Shown here in pieces: positions 1-7,361 of a stretch of DNA of 20,380 nucleotides (positions are counted from its first letter, which is position 1; each line of letters starts with the position of its first letter). The notes under the pieces were generated by a model. It ran no database searches and had not been told where the DNA came from. It was given only the letters and a program-made list of their open reading frames with translations. A program made the position numbers and the translations under genes. The stretch comes from a virus (taxonomy: Duplodnaviria; Heunggongvirae; Uroviricota; Caudoviricetes), in IMG/VR virus record IMGVR_UViG_3300020577_013140, positions 1 to 20,380 of that record; one strand, written 5' to 3'.

Positions 1-764
1 AGAATAACCGGATCACCATAACTCACCACGGTGCCTTTCTTTACGACACCGTTCGGCTCAATTGTCGCAAGCTGGTTGTTCAGAAATCGGTTGGCAAAAA
101 TGGCGACATACTTATTCTTACCGATCTCAACACCCATTCGCGCTTCCATGCGCATACGGAAAATCTGCTCGGCTTCGAGCTTCTTTGCACCAGACTCCGT
201 AACCACAAAGGCGTCCTCGAAGTTGGATGAACGATACGGCATCACAGCGGTACGGAGATTTGTGCCCATCGCCATCACACCGTTCTCGTCTGTATAGTTT
301 GACACCGCCAACAGCTCCCCTTTTTTCACCTTATCCCCTACTTTGACTTTCGGTGTGTAATGGATAGAGGTCTTTTGCCCAAGGTTATGGTTGTGGTAGA
401 GGTCAAAGGTTTTTACACCATCTGACGTCTTGATCTTGATTTCGTGATCCGTCACCTCTGTAACGGTACCATCGACGTCGCTCTTCTGGCTCAAGTAGTT
501 CTGCCCGAGCTGCTTAACAAAGGAGTCGTCAGCCATGCGAGCCACACTCTGAACCAACGGTGGTTGGCGATGCACGAGGGAGATGGCTTGCAGTGTGGCT
601 TTAGAACCGATCAAGATACGACCGCCCGACACACCACCAAGGCCAGTAACCAGGTTAGCCGGGTAAGAGAAGAAGTCTTTGGTGGACGCAAACTCATAGT
701 CGTGCCCTTCATCGGCAGGAGTTTTCTTCAAGCGTCCTTTATCGAGGACCGTAATTTCGCTCAT
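1..764 (-). CDS. rpoB: DNA-directed RNA polymerase beta subunit, middle/C-terminal fragment (split RpoB-like; runs off the window at position 1)
   Basis: Manual translation from ATG 764 (in-frame TAG upstream at 782-780), open to the window edge, 254 codons: MSEITVLDKG...SGGRILIGSKATLQAISLVHRQPPLVQS...VKVGDKVKKGELLAVSNYTDENGVMAMGTNLRTAVMPYRSSNFEDAFVVTESG...IEPNGVVRKGTVVSYGDPVI. This is collinear with bacterial RpoB [50 protein letters not shown] and LDESGIVYIGAEV..GDILV. Absent from the ORF track because it has no stop in the window. Confidence 0.92.
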   Translation of the reverse strand, partial: MSEITVLDKGRLKKTPADEGHDYEFASTKDFFSYPANLVTGLGGVSGGRILIGSKATLQAISLVHRQPPLVQSVARMADDSFVKQLGQNYLSQKSDVDGTVTEVTDHEIKIKTSDGVKTFDLYHNHNLGQKTSIHYTPKVKVGDKVKKGELLAVSNYTDENGVMAMGTNLRTAVMPYRSSNFEDAFVVTESGAKKLEAEQIFRMRMEARMGVEIGKNKYVAIFANRFLNNQLATIEPNGVVKKGTVVSYGDPVI

Positions 765-771
765 TTGAGTA

Positions 772-823
772 ATGCTACACTACCGGGTTTCGAATTGCAA
801 TTTCATCTGTACCTGTCTACCAT
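772..823. promoter_or_regulatory. Bidirectional sigma70-like promoter pair sharing one palindromic -35 (TTGCAA, 795-800)
   Basis: AATTGCAATT palindrome at 793-802. Plus strand: TTGCAA-17 nt-TACCAT (818-823). Minus strand: TTGCAA-17 nt-TAGCAT (777-772), predicted +1 about 765, next to ATG 764. Confidence 0.65.
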
Positions 824-833
824 GAAGCTATCT

Positions 834-2630
834 ATGGGGACTCTAATGCGTTCCACGCCAAGCTCAAGACAAAACACTCTGCCGTTCAAGGCCGCAACAG
901 TTGCAGTCGACCTCGACGGCACCTTGGCGAAGCATATATCTGCCAAGAAATTTGATCCAACGCGCATAGGTCCTCCCGTACAAAAGATGATGGACAAGGT
1001 GAAACGTTACCTTGAACGAGGCAAGGATGTGGTACTATTTACGGCTCGCGCCTCGGACCCGAGGAATGTACCTCCTGTGCGTGCCTGGCTGGATCGCCAT
1101 AACCTAAGCAAGGTGAAGATCACAAATCAAAAAACTCCTGACATTGAAGTGATCTACGACGACCGAGCCAAGGGAGTACACAAAAACAAAGGCACGATCA
1201 AAAGTGGTTCTGCTTTCGACAAATTAGCCGCGCTTCCTGGCGTTTCCCTCAAGCCGCACCAACAACGGGTAGTCAATCGTCTTAAGCAACCTGGGACCAC
1301 CGGGCTGCTGGCTCAACATGGGCTTGGTTCGGGCAAAACGCTTTCGTCTATCGCTTCCTGGGACGCCTTGGGGCGCCCACGAACCGCTGTGATCGTACCT
1401 GCAGCATTGCAGGAAAACTACCGTAAAGAGCTGACAAAATGGGTGGGGCAGGTTCCTCCCAACGTCAACATCATGAGCCAACAGCGTGTGGCTCGTCAAG
1501 GTGGCCTTTTAGGGCCTGCTCCAGAGTTGATGATTGTCGATGAACAGCACAAGGCCAGGGAACAAAGCTCGGCTCTACGGGCGGCATTGGCCAACATCAA
1601 GGCTAAAAAAAAGCTTCTATTGACTGGTACGCCAATCTACAACCACCCTCAAGATATTGCCGCAACCGTCAACTTGGCGGCCGGTCGCACCCTTTTACCG
1701 ACAGACCGTGCGTCGTTCAACGAACGATACGTCGCCACCGAGAAAGTTAATCCGCCTCTGTTACAGCGCCTCATGGGTGTACGCCCAGGCACAAAACAGG
1801 TACTCAAAAATCGGGGCGAGCTTGGGCGGATACTAAGGCAGTACGTCGACTATCACCCCAACTCGACTCAAGGCTTCCCTCGTTCATCTGAGGAAACGAT
1901 AAAGGTGCCCATGGGCGGAGCTCAGACCGACATCTACAACGCCATCATGGGCAAGGCTCCTCGCTGGGTGCGTTGGAAAGTGAAAGCCGGGCTACCTCCA
2001 GGTAAAGGTGAGTTCGAGGCTATGCGCGCATTCCTTACTGGAGCGCGTCAGGTTTCCAACACCAACCGCGAGTTCACCCGATCCAAAGAAGAAGCTGCGA
2101 AGATTGAAGCAGCGTTCAAGTTTTTCCAGAATAAGGCTAAGGCGGATCCAAGCTATAAGGCAGTCGTTTACTCGAACTACCTGCGAAGCGGTCTATCACC
2201 TTACAAAGACCGACTAGCGCGAGCAGGCATTCCTTACGGCGAGTTCAGTGGTGACATGGACCGGCGCGCACGTGACGAAATGGTAAGACAATACAACGCA
2301 AATAAGCTGCGTGCCTTGCTGATTAGTTCAGCCGGCGCCGAGGGCCTTGACCTCAAAGGCACCCGACTGATCCAGCTGTTGGAACCTCACTTCAACGAAG
2401 AAAAAGAAAAGCAGATCATTGGACGCGGTATCCGATATGGGTCACACGCCGGCTTGTCGCCTGCCCAACAACATGTGCTCGTGCAACGCTACCTGGCGCA
2501 GCCACAAGGAGGTTGGTTCGACCGACTGTTTGGTAACTCAACAACTAGGGGCGCTGACGAGTACATCCGTAACCTCGCCCTGCAGAAGTCCCAGCTCAAC
2601 AATCAAGTACAGCAACTACTGACGCCTTAA
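834..2630 (+). CDS. HAD-family phosphatase domain fused to SNF2-like (SF2) helicase/ATPase
   Basis: HAD motifs VAVDLDGT, VLFTAR, K, IYDDR, then helicase motifs QHGLGSGKT, IVDEQH, LLLTGTP, LLISSAGAEGLDLKG, QIIGRGIRYGSH. The ORF-track start at 444 lies antisense to the RpoB gene; plausible starts are ATG 822, 834 or 846 (834 fits the promoter). Confidence 0.9.
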   Translation: MGTLMRSTPSSRQNTLPFKAATVAVDLDGTLAKHISAKKFDPTRIGPPVQKMMDKVKRYLERGKDVVLFTARASDPRNVPPVRAWLDRHNLSKVKITNQKTPDIEVIYDDRAKGVHKNKGTIKSGSAFDKLAALPGVSLKPHQQRVVNRLKQPGTTGLLAQHGLGSGKTLSSIASWDALGRPRTAVIVPAALQENYRKELTKWVGQVPPNVNIMSQQRVARQGGLLGPAPELMIVDEQHKAREQSSALRAALANIKAKKKLLLTGTPIYNHPQDIAATVNLAAGRTLLPTDRASFNERYVATEKVNPPLLQRLMGVRPGTKQVLKNRGELGRILRQYVDYHPNSTQGFPRSSEETIKVPMGGAQTDIYNAIMGKAPRWVRWKVKAGLPPGKGEFEAMRAFLTGARQVSNTNREFTRSKEEAAKIEAAFKFFQNKAKADPSYKAVVYSNYLRSGLSPYKDRLARAGIPYGEFSGDMDRRARDEMVRQYNANKLRALLISSAGAEGLDLKGTRLIQLLEPHFNEEKEKQIIGRGIRYGSHAGLSPAQQHVLVQRYLAQPQGGWFDRLFGNSTTRGADEYIRNLALQKSQLNNQVQQLLTP

Positions 2631-2642
2631 CCCACTTCGCCT

Positions 2643-2900
2643 ATGCCTCGCCGACGCATCCCAAAACTACGTATCGTCGAAAGGAAACTTGGAAGAGAAA
2701 AAGCATATGGTCAATGTTTTAGTGGAATGGGGCTCATAGAGATCGACCCAAGGCAAGACTCGAAGTGCTACATGGATACGCTGCTGCATGAGATGCTTCA
2801 TGCTTTCTTCCCAAATGCATCAGAAGAAGAGGTTGAAAAGATTGCCCAACGGATGACACAAGAGTTGTGGAAAAGGCATTTTAGGCGCATAAAGCCTTAA
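2643..2900 (+). CDS. Small HExxH (zincin-like) putative metallopeptidase
   Basis: 85 aa; ..GQCFSGMGLIEIDPRQ..YMDTLLHEMLHAFF.. gives strand-strand-helix(HEMLH), typical of minimal phage metallopeptidase-like proteins; starts 12 nt after the helicase stop. Confidence 0.6.
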   Translation: MPRRRIPKLRIVERKLGREKAYGQCFSGMGLIEIDPRQDSKCYMDTLLHEMLHAFFPNASEEEVEKIAQRMTQELWKRHFRRIKP

Positions 2901-2924
2901 GCTGAAACTGCTTCCAACTATTAC

Positions 2925-2952
2925 TTGCGCCACTACGTTCCTGTGTTACATT
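2925..2952 (+). promoter_or_regulatory. sigma70-like promoter with extended -10; predicted leaderless transcript
   Basis: TTGCGC (2925-2930), 16 nt, TGtTACATT (-10 at 2947-2952); predicted +1 is 2959, the A of the ATG. Confidence 0.55.
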
Positions 2953-2958
2953 GCACCC

Positions 2959-3276
2959 ATGAGTATCGCAGCAAAACAATTACTGGAAGACGTCAATACC
3001 TACTTAAATAACAAGCCTACGCTCAAGAAGATAATCGTCGAGCTCGGGTACGTCTTCTCGGGACGCCACATTCTGGTCAAATTGGCGGAGCCAGACGACG
3101 AGACAAAGCTGACACGTAAGATGGTGGTATTTGAACTGTATGACGCAGACGACTATACCAGGGAAGTACCGTTCTGCTTCCTCTACGACAGACAAGAGGA
3201 AACTGGAGTGATAATGCCGTTTCCGTTCTCAAAATACAAAGATCTCGTAAAGAAAGACACAGCAGTCGAAAGCTAA
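2959..3276 (+). CDS. Hypothetical protein (105 aa)
   Basis: ATG-started ORF bounded by a promoter and a terminator; globular-looking sequence, no recognised motif. Confidence 0.75.
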   Translation: MSIAAKQLLEDVNTYLNNKPTLKKIIVELGYVFSGRHILVKLAEPDDETKLTRKMVVFELYDADDYTREVPFCFLYDRQEETGVIMPFPFSKYKDLVKKDTAVES

Positions 3277-3306
3277 AAAAAGGCCCGGGGGTTTCCCGGG
3301 CCTTTT
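3275..3306. terminator. Bidirectional intrinsic terminator
   Basis: A7-GGCCCGGG-ggttt-CCCGGGCC-TTTT lying between convergent genes (3276+ and 3319-). Confidence 0.9.
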
Positions 3307-3318
3307 GTGTAATAGGAC

Positions 3319-3717
3319 TCAACGTCCTTCAATGACCACTCGATATGCCTCGAGTGCCTTCTCAGCCGTGACACCTTGTCGGACGAGATGCTCGACAACC
3401 TTGTGTTTGCGGTTGTAGTTTCCACCATGACACGCGCGCTTGGTCAATCCGACGTAGGTGTAAAGCGCCTGCCAGACCGGTTGGCGGGCGATGAACTTCT
3501 TGGCGCACCACATCCATAAAGGGCCGTCGAATCCACGGTCACACAGGTAGAGCTGGAACATGTGTACAACGTCGCCAGCCTCTTCTTTCACCCCGCTCCA
3601 ACGCCCATGGAGTAACTCCTCGAGCAACTCAACGACTTCCATCCATACACGCCGAAGGCGAAATCGTATATTTTGCGTGTAGAGCCGACGGTACTCGGAG
3701 ATCTTCATTCTGGTCAA
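3319..3717 (-). CDS. MazG-like all-alpha NTP pyrophosphohydrolase domain protein
   Basis: EVVELLEE...VKEEAGDVVHM matches the ExxE...EExxD spacing of MazG-like folds; ATGA overlap with the upstream gene. Confidence 0.5.
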   Translation of the reverse strand: MTRMKISEYRRLYTQNIRFRLRRVWMEVVELLEELLHGRWSGVKEEAGDVVHMFQLYLCDRGFDGPLWMWCAKKFIARQPVWQALYTYVGLTKRACHGGNYNRKHKVVEHLVRQGVTAEKALEAYRVVIEGR

Positions 3718-4274
3718 GAAGCGGCGACCCAGACAGCTGCTAACGGGATGTGGTTCGCTTTAACGAAGTCAAACAGCGCAGTATTGGGGTCTTTTGCGCT
3801 CTTGCGGAACGCACGCCAGGCTTCGAGGGAGCAAAGCCCCTTTAACGCAAGGTTTTGCACCACGCCTTCATCCGAGTGGTCTAGCGTCTCCTTGTCTTCA
3901 TCCACCGGCACCGCCGGTGCTCCTGATGCTTCCGGTGCGCCAGATTTACCATAAGTTGGTGGGCTGCTGTAAGTTGGCTCGTTTAAGCCAAGCTCGTATT
4001 GTATCACCTGCTCCAAACACGTCATGTATCCATGAATGTCAACGATGTTGTCCCACTTATGGTTCTCCACCTGGCGTGACAACTTCACGCAATTCATGAT
4101 GATTGGAAAGTCACGAGCATTGAGCGGGCGATACGTCCCGTCTGACTTCCGGAACTCATAACCCAGCGCCGAAAGCATACCAGCAATTCGAGTAAAATCG
4201 TGGTAAGGGTGTCCGTAGTCTCGTTGACGTTCAGTCGTTACTAGTGAAGCACCGATTTCTTGGAGGTTGTTCAT
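3714..4274 (-). CDS. DUF6378-like phage protein with low-complexity C-terminal extension
   Basis: ERQRDYGHPYHDFTRIAGML...IIMNCVKLSR...KWDNIVDIHGY fits the R..YG.P...F.rIA / M..lK..R / D...D..GY pattern I associate with DUF6378; ATGA-coupled. Confidence 0.65.
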   Translation of the reverse strand: MNNLQEIGASLVTTERQRDYGHPYHDFTRIAGMLSALGYEFRKSDGTYRPLNARDFPIIMNCVKLSRQVENHKWDNIVDIHGYMTCLEQVIQYELGLNEPTYSSPPTYGKSGAPEASGAPAVPVDEDKETLDHSDEGVVQNLALKGLCSLEAWRAFRKSAKDPNTALFDFVKANHIPLAAVWVAAS

Positions 4275-4528
4275 TGAGTCGTTGGGGGAGTGGGGGAAGC
4301 TTCCGTTCTGGAAACCATGCCTTCGGCGATATGCTGAAGGTTTATTAGATTCTCGACTTCCTCGTCGAAGATCAACACCTCGCCGAGTTTCTGCATGACA
4401 GCCTCAGCCGTTAGCTTGATCACTTGCTCGCCGGTGGCGGCATCGCCCGCAGCGCGCGCTTCCTGCATGCCGGCTACAAGCCCTTCGCATACCGCGCGAT
4501 AAATTACTGTGGATGCTCTAAATTTCAT
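4271..4528 (-). CDS. Hypothetical helical protein
   Basis: Likely start ATG 4528 (AAAGGT upstream, overlapping the RNase H stop), not 4591; stop overlaps the next ATG. Confidence 0.65.
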   Translation of the reverse strand: MKFRASTVIYRAVCEGLVAGMQEARAAGDAATGEQVIKLTAEAVMQKLGEVLIFDEEVENLINLQHIAEGMVSRTEASPTPPTTQ

Positions 4529-5009
4529 TAGCACCTTTTTCTTGAGCGAGTTTTCTGTACTCGCCATGTGCGATTTTGTCGCACTTCTCATTGTACTTGT
4601 TGCCGTCGTGGCCTCTGACCCACGTCACACGCAACACAATTCCGAGGTCGCGTATCATACCAAGAACAGTATCCATTGCAAGCCAAAGAGGAAGGTTTTT
4701 GACGTTCTTCCACCCCTTTGCTTTCCAGGCAAACCGCCAGGTGTTGACACCGTTCACGACGTATTCGGAATCGCTAATAATATGGTAGTCAGGGATTGGT
4801 CCCTGACGCTCGGAGGGCGTACGCTTAATAATCCAGTCAATGGCTTCAAGCACTGCCATCAACTCCATCTTGTTATTGGTGACGCCTTCATAAGCCTTGC
4901 TGTGAGGCTCCTCCGTACCATCAGGGTGCACCGCAATGAACGCCCAGGCACCATACTGAGTTTTGTAATGCGCCGAGCCGTCCGTGTAGATTTGAATTGT
5001 TTCAGCCAT
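4518..5009 (-). CDS. rnhA: Ribonuclease HI
   Basis: IYTDGS, TNNKMELMAV, IISDSEYVVNG..W..KGWK, WVRGH.GNKYNEKCDKIA: all D-E-D-(H)-D catalytic motifs of RNase HI. Start ATG 5009 (MAETIQIYTDG). Confidence 0.97.
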   Translation of the reverse strand: MAETIQIYTDGSAHYKTQYGAWAFIAVHPDGTEEPHSKAYEGVTNNKMELMAVLEAIDWIIKRTPSERQGPIPDYHIISDSEYVVNGVNTWRFAWKAKGWKNVKNLPLWLAMDTVLGMIRDLGIVLRVTWVRGHDGNKYNEKCDKIAHGEYRKLAQEKGANEI

Positions 5010-5217
5010 TCTCAGCAAATACAGAATGTACGTTGGCTGGGTCCGTGACGTCAAGGACATCCACGACACCATTACCAAACTGGTCCTCGTGCTCCTTGAC
5101 TATTTCTTTGATTGTCAGATGCGTGGTAAATGGTCTCCACTTCGTAGTATTGTTCATGTGACTTCCGATCAAGGTACCTTCGACCCATATCAGAATCAGG
5201 TGTCTTTGTTTATTCAT
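5002..5217 (-). CDS. Hypothetical protein (71 aa)
   Basis: Overlaps both neighbours by 8 nt in a coupled minus-strand run. Confidence 0.65.
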   Translation of the reverse strand: MNKQRHLILIWVEGTLIGSHMNNTTKWRPFTTHLTIKEIVKEHEDQFGNGVVDVLDVTDPANVHSVFAENG

Positions 5218-5566
5218 GGGCGTCTGACTGCTGCAGTCGCTCTAGTTGCTTTCCAAGTTTCTTAACTCGGGTGGAGAGTGCTTTTACAAGCTCTCGTAAC
5301 TCCTCGAGGTTCCCCGTACCGACGCTCTTCGGGCCATCGCACTCTCGCACAATGTCTTCGTCGCCATAGCCCCCGATCACGTATCCTCCCTCGCCGTTCT
5401 CTCCGGCGTCCTTGTCAAAGAACGTAAACTCGTAAACCGGACCGCCGCAATACCCGCCTTGCTTTTTGTTGGAGAGACATTTGGCAGGACCGGAATATCC
5501 TCGATGCAAGTTGCTACCAGGATCTTCGATCCAGTACCACTTACCTACTGTTAGTTTGATTGGCAT
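5210..5566 (-). CDS. Hypothetical protein, beta-rich N-terminus with C-terminal coiled coil
   Basis: 118 aa; ends in heptad-like LEELRELVKALSTRVKKLGKQLERLQ. Confidence 0.7.
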   Translation of the reverse strand: MPIKLTVGKWYWIEDPGSNLHRGYSGPAKCLSNKKQGGYCGGPVYEFTFFDKDAGENGEGGYVIGGYGDEDIVRECDGPKSVGTGNLEELRELVKALSTRVKKLGKQLERLQQSDAHE

Positions 5567-5578
5567 ATGTTGCTAGCT

Positions 5579-5606
5579 AAAAAAGGGCGCCGATGAGGGC
5601 GCCTTT
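5579..5606 (-). terminator. Terminator-like hairpin
   Basis: Minus strand reads GGCGCC-6 nt-GGCGCC-C-T6, downstream of the lysozyme block. Confidence 0.55.
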
Positions 5607-5631
5607 GTGCCCGTCTTTCGACGGTAAGTAA

Positions 5632-5835
5632 TCAACCAAGCATCGAAAGGCTTTCGCCTTCGCTTGGCCGATATTCCGGATAGCCCGGAAGGGTAGAAAG
5701 ACACGGCGCAGGAGGAGGAGGAGCAGGCTCGTCTTCGTGCCACCGCTTTTTCGGAGAGCGACGAAGATCTGCAGCTGGTCGATCAATTGCCTCCAACGGA
5801 TGCGGCCGCTCGCCCCAACGTCGAAATCCCATCAT
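5632..5835 (-). CDS. Small Pro-rich hypothetical protein
   Basis: ATGA overlap with the lysozyme stop; a competing ORF exists in another minus frame (5577-5786). Confidence 0.4.
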   Translation of the reverse strand: MMGFRRWGERPHPLEAIDRPAADLRRSPKKRWHEDEPAPPPPAPCLSTLPGYPEYRPSEGESLSMLG

Positions 5836-6227
5836 AGGTACCTCCTGACTTTTTGCCAGTATCCTTCGGTGGCCTTGCGTTTCCAGCCGGCTGGTCCACC
5901 GTTCCAGATCCTGGCCAAGTCCTCCGGTGTCGGAGGACGTCCAAGTTGTTTTTCACTTCCATAGAAGGAGAGGTACTTGTTGCATACCTCGATTGCCTTC
6001 GCCCGGTTGCGCATCTCGCGATGCGTGTATTTGGTGCCGTACAGCCTGTTCACGTCTGCAACGACCGCCGAGTGCACCTGTAACGGCCCGATGGCCGAAC
6101 CCTCATCTCCGACCACGTGGTCACGTCCAGAGGACTCGACCTGAATCAGTGCGTCGATGAGCCTTGGATCAGCGGCGGAGCACGTCCCACTGAATCCCAG
6201 AGCGAGGAGAAGTACTAGAAGTTTCAT
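5832..6227 (-). CDS. Lysozyme-fold muramidase/lytic transglycosylase (i-type/destabilase-like) with N-terminal signal peptide
   Basis: ALIQVESSG (catalytic Glu helix), GPLQV, ARIWNGGPAG. MKLLVLLLALGFSGTCSA/AD is a Sec-type signal. AGGGA lies upstream of ATG 6227. Confidence 0.85.
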   Translation of the reverse strand: MKLLVLLLALGFSGTCSAADPRLIDALIQVESSGRDHVVGDEGSAIGPLQVHSAVVADVNRLYGTKYTHREMRNRAKAIEVCNKYLSFYGSEKQLGRPPTPEDLARIWNGGPAGWKRKATEGYWQKVRRYL

Positions 6228-6372
6228 AGTGTTCCCTGACAGGTTCAACCACATGAACCCGGCGTTCCGACAAGAGCTGCAGCCGCGTCATGACCTCACG
6301 GAGGGCAGGACTGCGGACATCAAGCTCTGTCGATGGTTGAAAAGGGATTTCCTCCAGTATCAGTGTTTTCAT
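6169..6372 (-). CDS. Hypothetical protein (67 aa)
   Basis: ATGA-coupled to the upstream gene, but its 3' end overlaps the lysozyme start by 59 nt. Confidence 0.45.
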   Translation of the reverse strand: MKTLILEEIPFQPSTELDVRSPALREVMTRLQLLSERRVHVVEPVREHYETSSTSPRSGIQWDVLRR

Positions 6373-6668
6373 CCTCTGACCTGGTTGACGTGTTTCACGG
6401 TGACACCAACCTCCTCCGGGTTGGCGAGAACCAGCGTTCCGACCGCCTCGATGGCGGTCTTTCCGCGCGCCTCCGTACTGGGAAGATTATCCAAGTCGGC
6501 GGTGAAATACGGGCCGTCCGTAGAAGTAAGGTGGGTAACCACCAACTCACGAGGCTCTTCTCCTTCGTCGAGAAGTTTGGAGCCTTGCCAGGTCAACCCG
6601 ACGACGATCAGGAATAACACCACCACTCCACCAACAAAGCCGAGACTGAAGGACATTGGGTCGATCAT
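6369..6668 (-). CDS. Membrane-anchored protein with HicB-like domain
   Basis: N-terminal TM segment FSLGFVGGVVVLFLIVVGLTW; GPYFTADLDNLPSTEARGKTAIEAV resembles the HicB N-terminal pattern (Y.a..pdLPg..t.G.T.eEA). Confidence 0.5.
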   Translation of the reverse strand: MIDPMSFSLGFVGGVVVLFLIVVGLTWQGSKLLDEGEEPRELVVTHLTSTDGPYFTADLDNLPSTEARGKTAIEAVGTLVLANPEEVGVTVKHVNQVRG

Positions 6669-6697
6669 ATAATCGGATAGAGCTTAGTTGTTGCGGT

Positions 6698-7210
6698 TTA
6701 GCGTTTCACAGCGATCGGACGAATTCCTTTGCTGATCCGAGCAGGGATTGGTGACCGGAACATGCCGGCGAACGTCATGCGAACGGTCTTCCGTCCGACA
6801 GGCGGGACATCCAGTATCTGGCTGAGTTTCCTTGCTGAGACCCGATACACGTGCAGGGCCAACAGCGGAAACCTGGCGTTGACTTCGGCCATCAGGAGCT
6901 CCGAGGAGCTGGACTGAACTTCAGCGCAGCCAAGTTGAGGCACGACAGGGCGACCGGGCCGCCGGGATGAAGACAGCTGAATGGCGTGCCACGGGAGCAC
7001 CCGGTCAGCCAGAAGAGGGCACAGGCGAGTCACGACAAGCTCAGTACCGAAGTACACAGGCAGGATCTGCCGGTTTGTCGGACCGTCCGGATAGTACATG
7101 TAAAGGCACCAAATGGGCGTAACGTTTCGACCGACCAAGGCCAGGACCGTAGTCGAGGTGCCAGGGGCGGTGAGCAGCATTGTGGCGGTGAGTGCTTGGA
7201 TGGGGTACAT
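6698..7210 (-). CDS. Hypothetical protein (170 aa)
   Basis: AAAGGA SD upstream of ATG 7210 and a promoter motif at 7282-7297. Confidence 0.65.
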   Translation of the reverse strand: MYPIQALTATMLLTAPGTSTTVLALVGRNVTPIWCLYMYYPDGPTNRQILPVYFGTELVVTRLCPLLADRVLPWHAIQLSSSRRPGRPVVPQLGCAEVQSSSSELLMAEVNARFPLLALHVYRVSARKLSQILDVPPVGRKTVRMTFAGMFRSPIPARISKGIRPIAVKR

Positions 7211-7281
7211 ACCGTAGTATTCCTTTCTACTGACAGTTAATAATGGGGTGACGGCTTAATCGCCGGAGAGACTTAGTGCTC

Positions 7282-7297
7282 TCAGGTTATTATACCA
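7282..7297 (-). promoter_or_regulatory. Extended -10 promoter, copy 1 of GGTATAAYAACCTGA
   Basis: Minus strand TGGTATAATAACCTGA (TGn-TATAAT), just downstream of a terminator. Confidence 0.7.
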
Positions 7298-7335
7298 CAA
7301 ACCCCCCCTTTATTTACCCCGGGTACCGGGGGGCT

Positions 7336-7355
7336 AAAAAAAGGGGTTGCCCCCT
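7336..7355 (-). terminator. Intrinsic terminator with GNRA loop
   Basis: Minus strand AGGGG-GCAA-CCCCT-T6, just after the stop at 7362. Confidence 0.8.
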
Positions 7356-7361
7356 GTGTTT

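Noticed and set aside
444-821. N-terminal 126 aa of the tracked 728-aa ORF, and ORF 31-297(+)
   Set aside because: Antisense shadow of the RpoB fragment on the minus strand; the divergent promoter places the real start at about 822-846.
5577-5835. Overlapping ORFs after the lysozyme read as an i-spanin/o-spanin pair
   Set aside because: No N-terminal TM anchor with coiled coil, and no lipobox with a properly placed Cys; one frame runs through the terminator hairpin.
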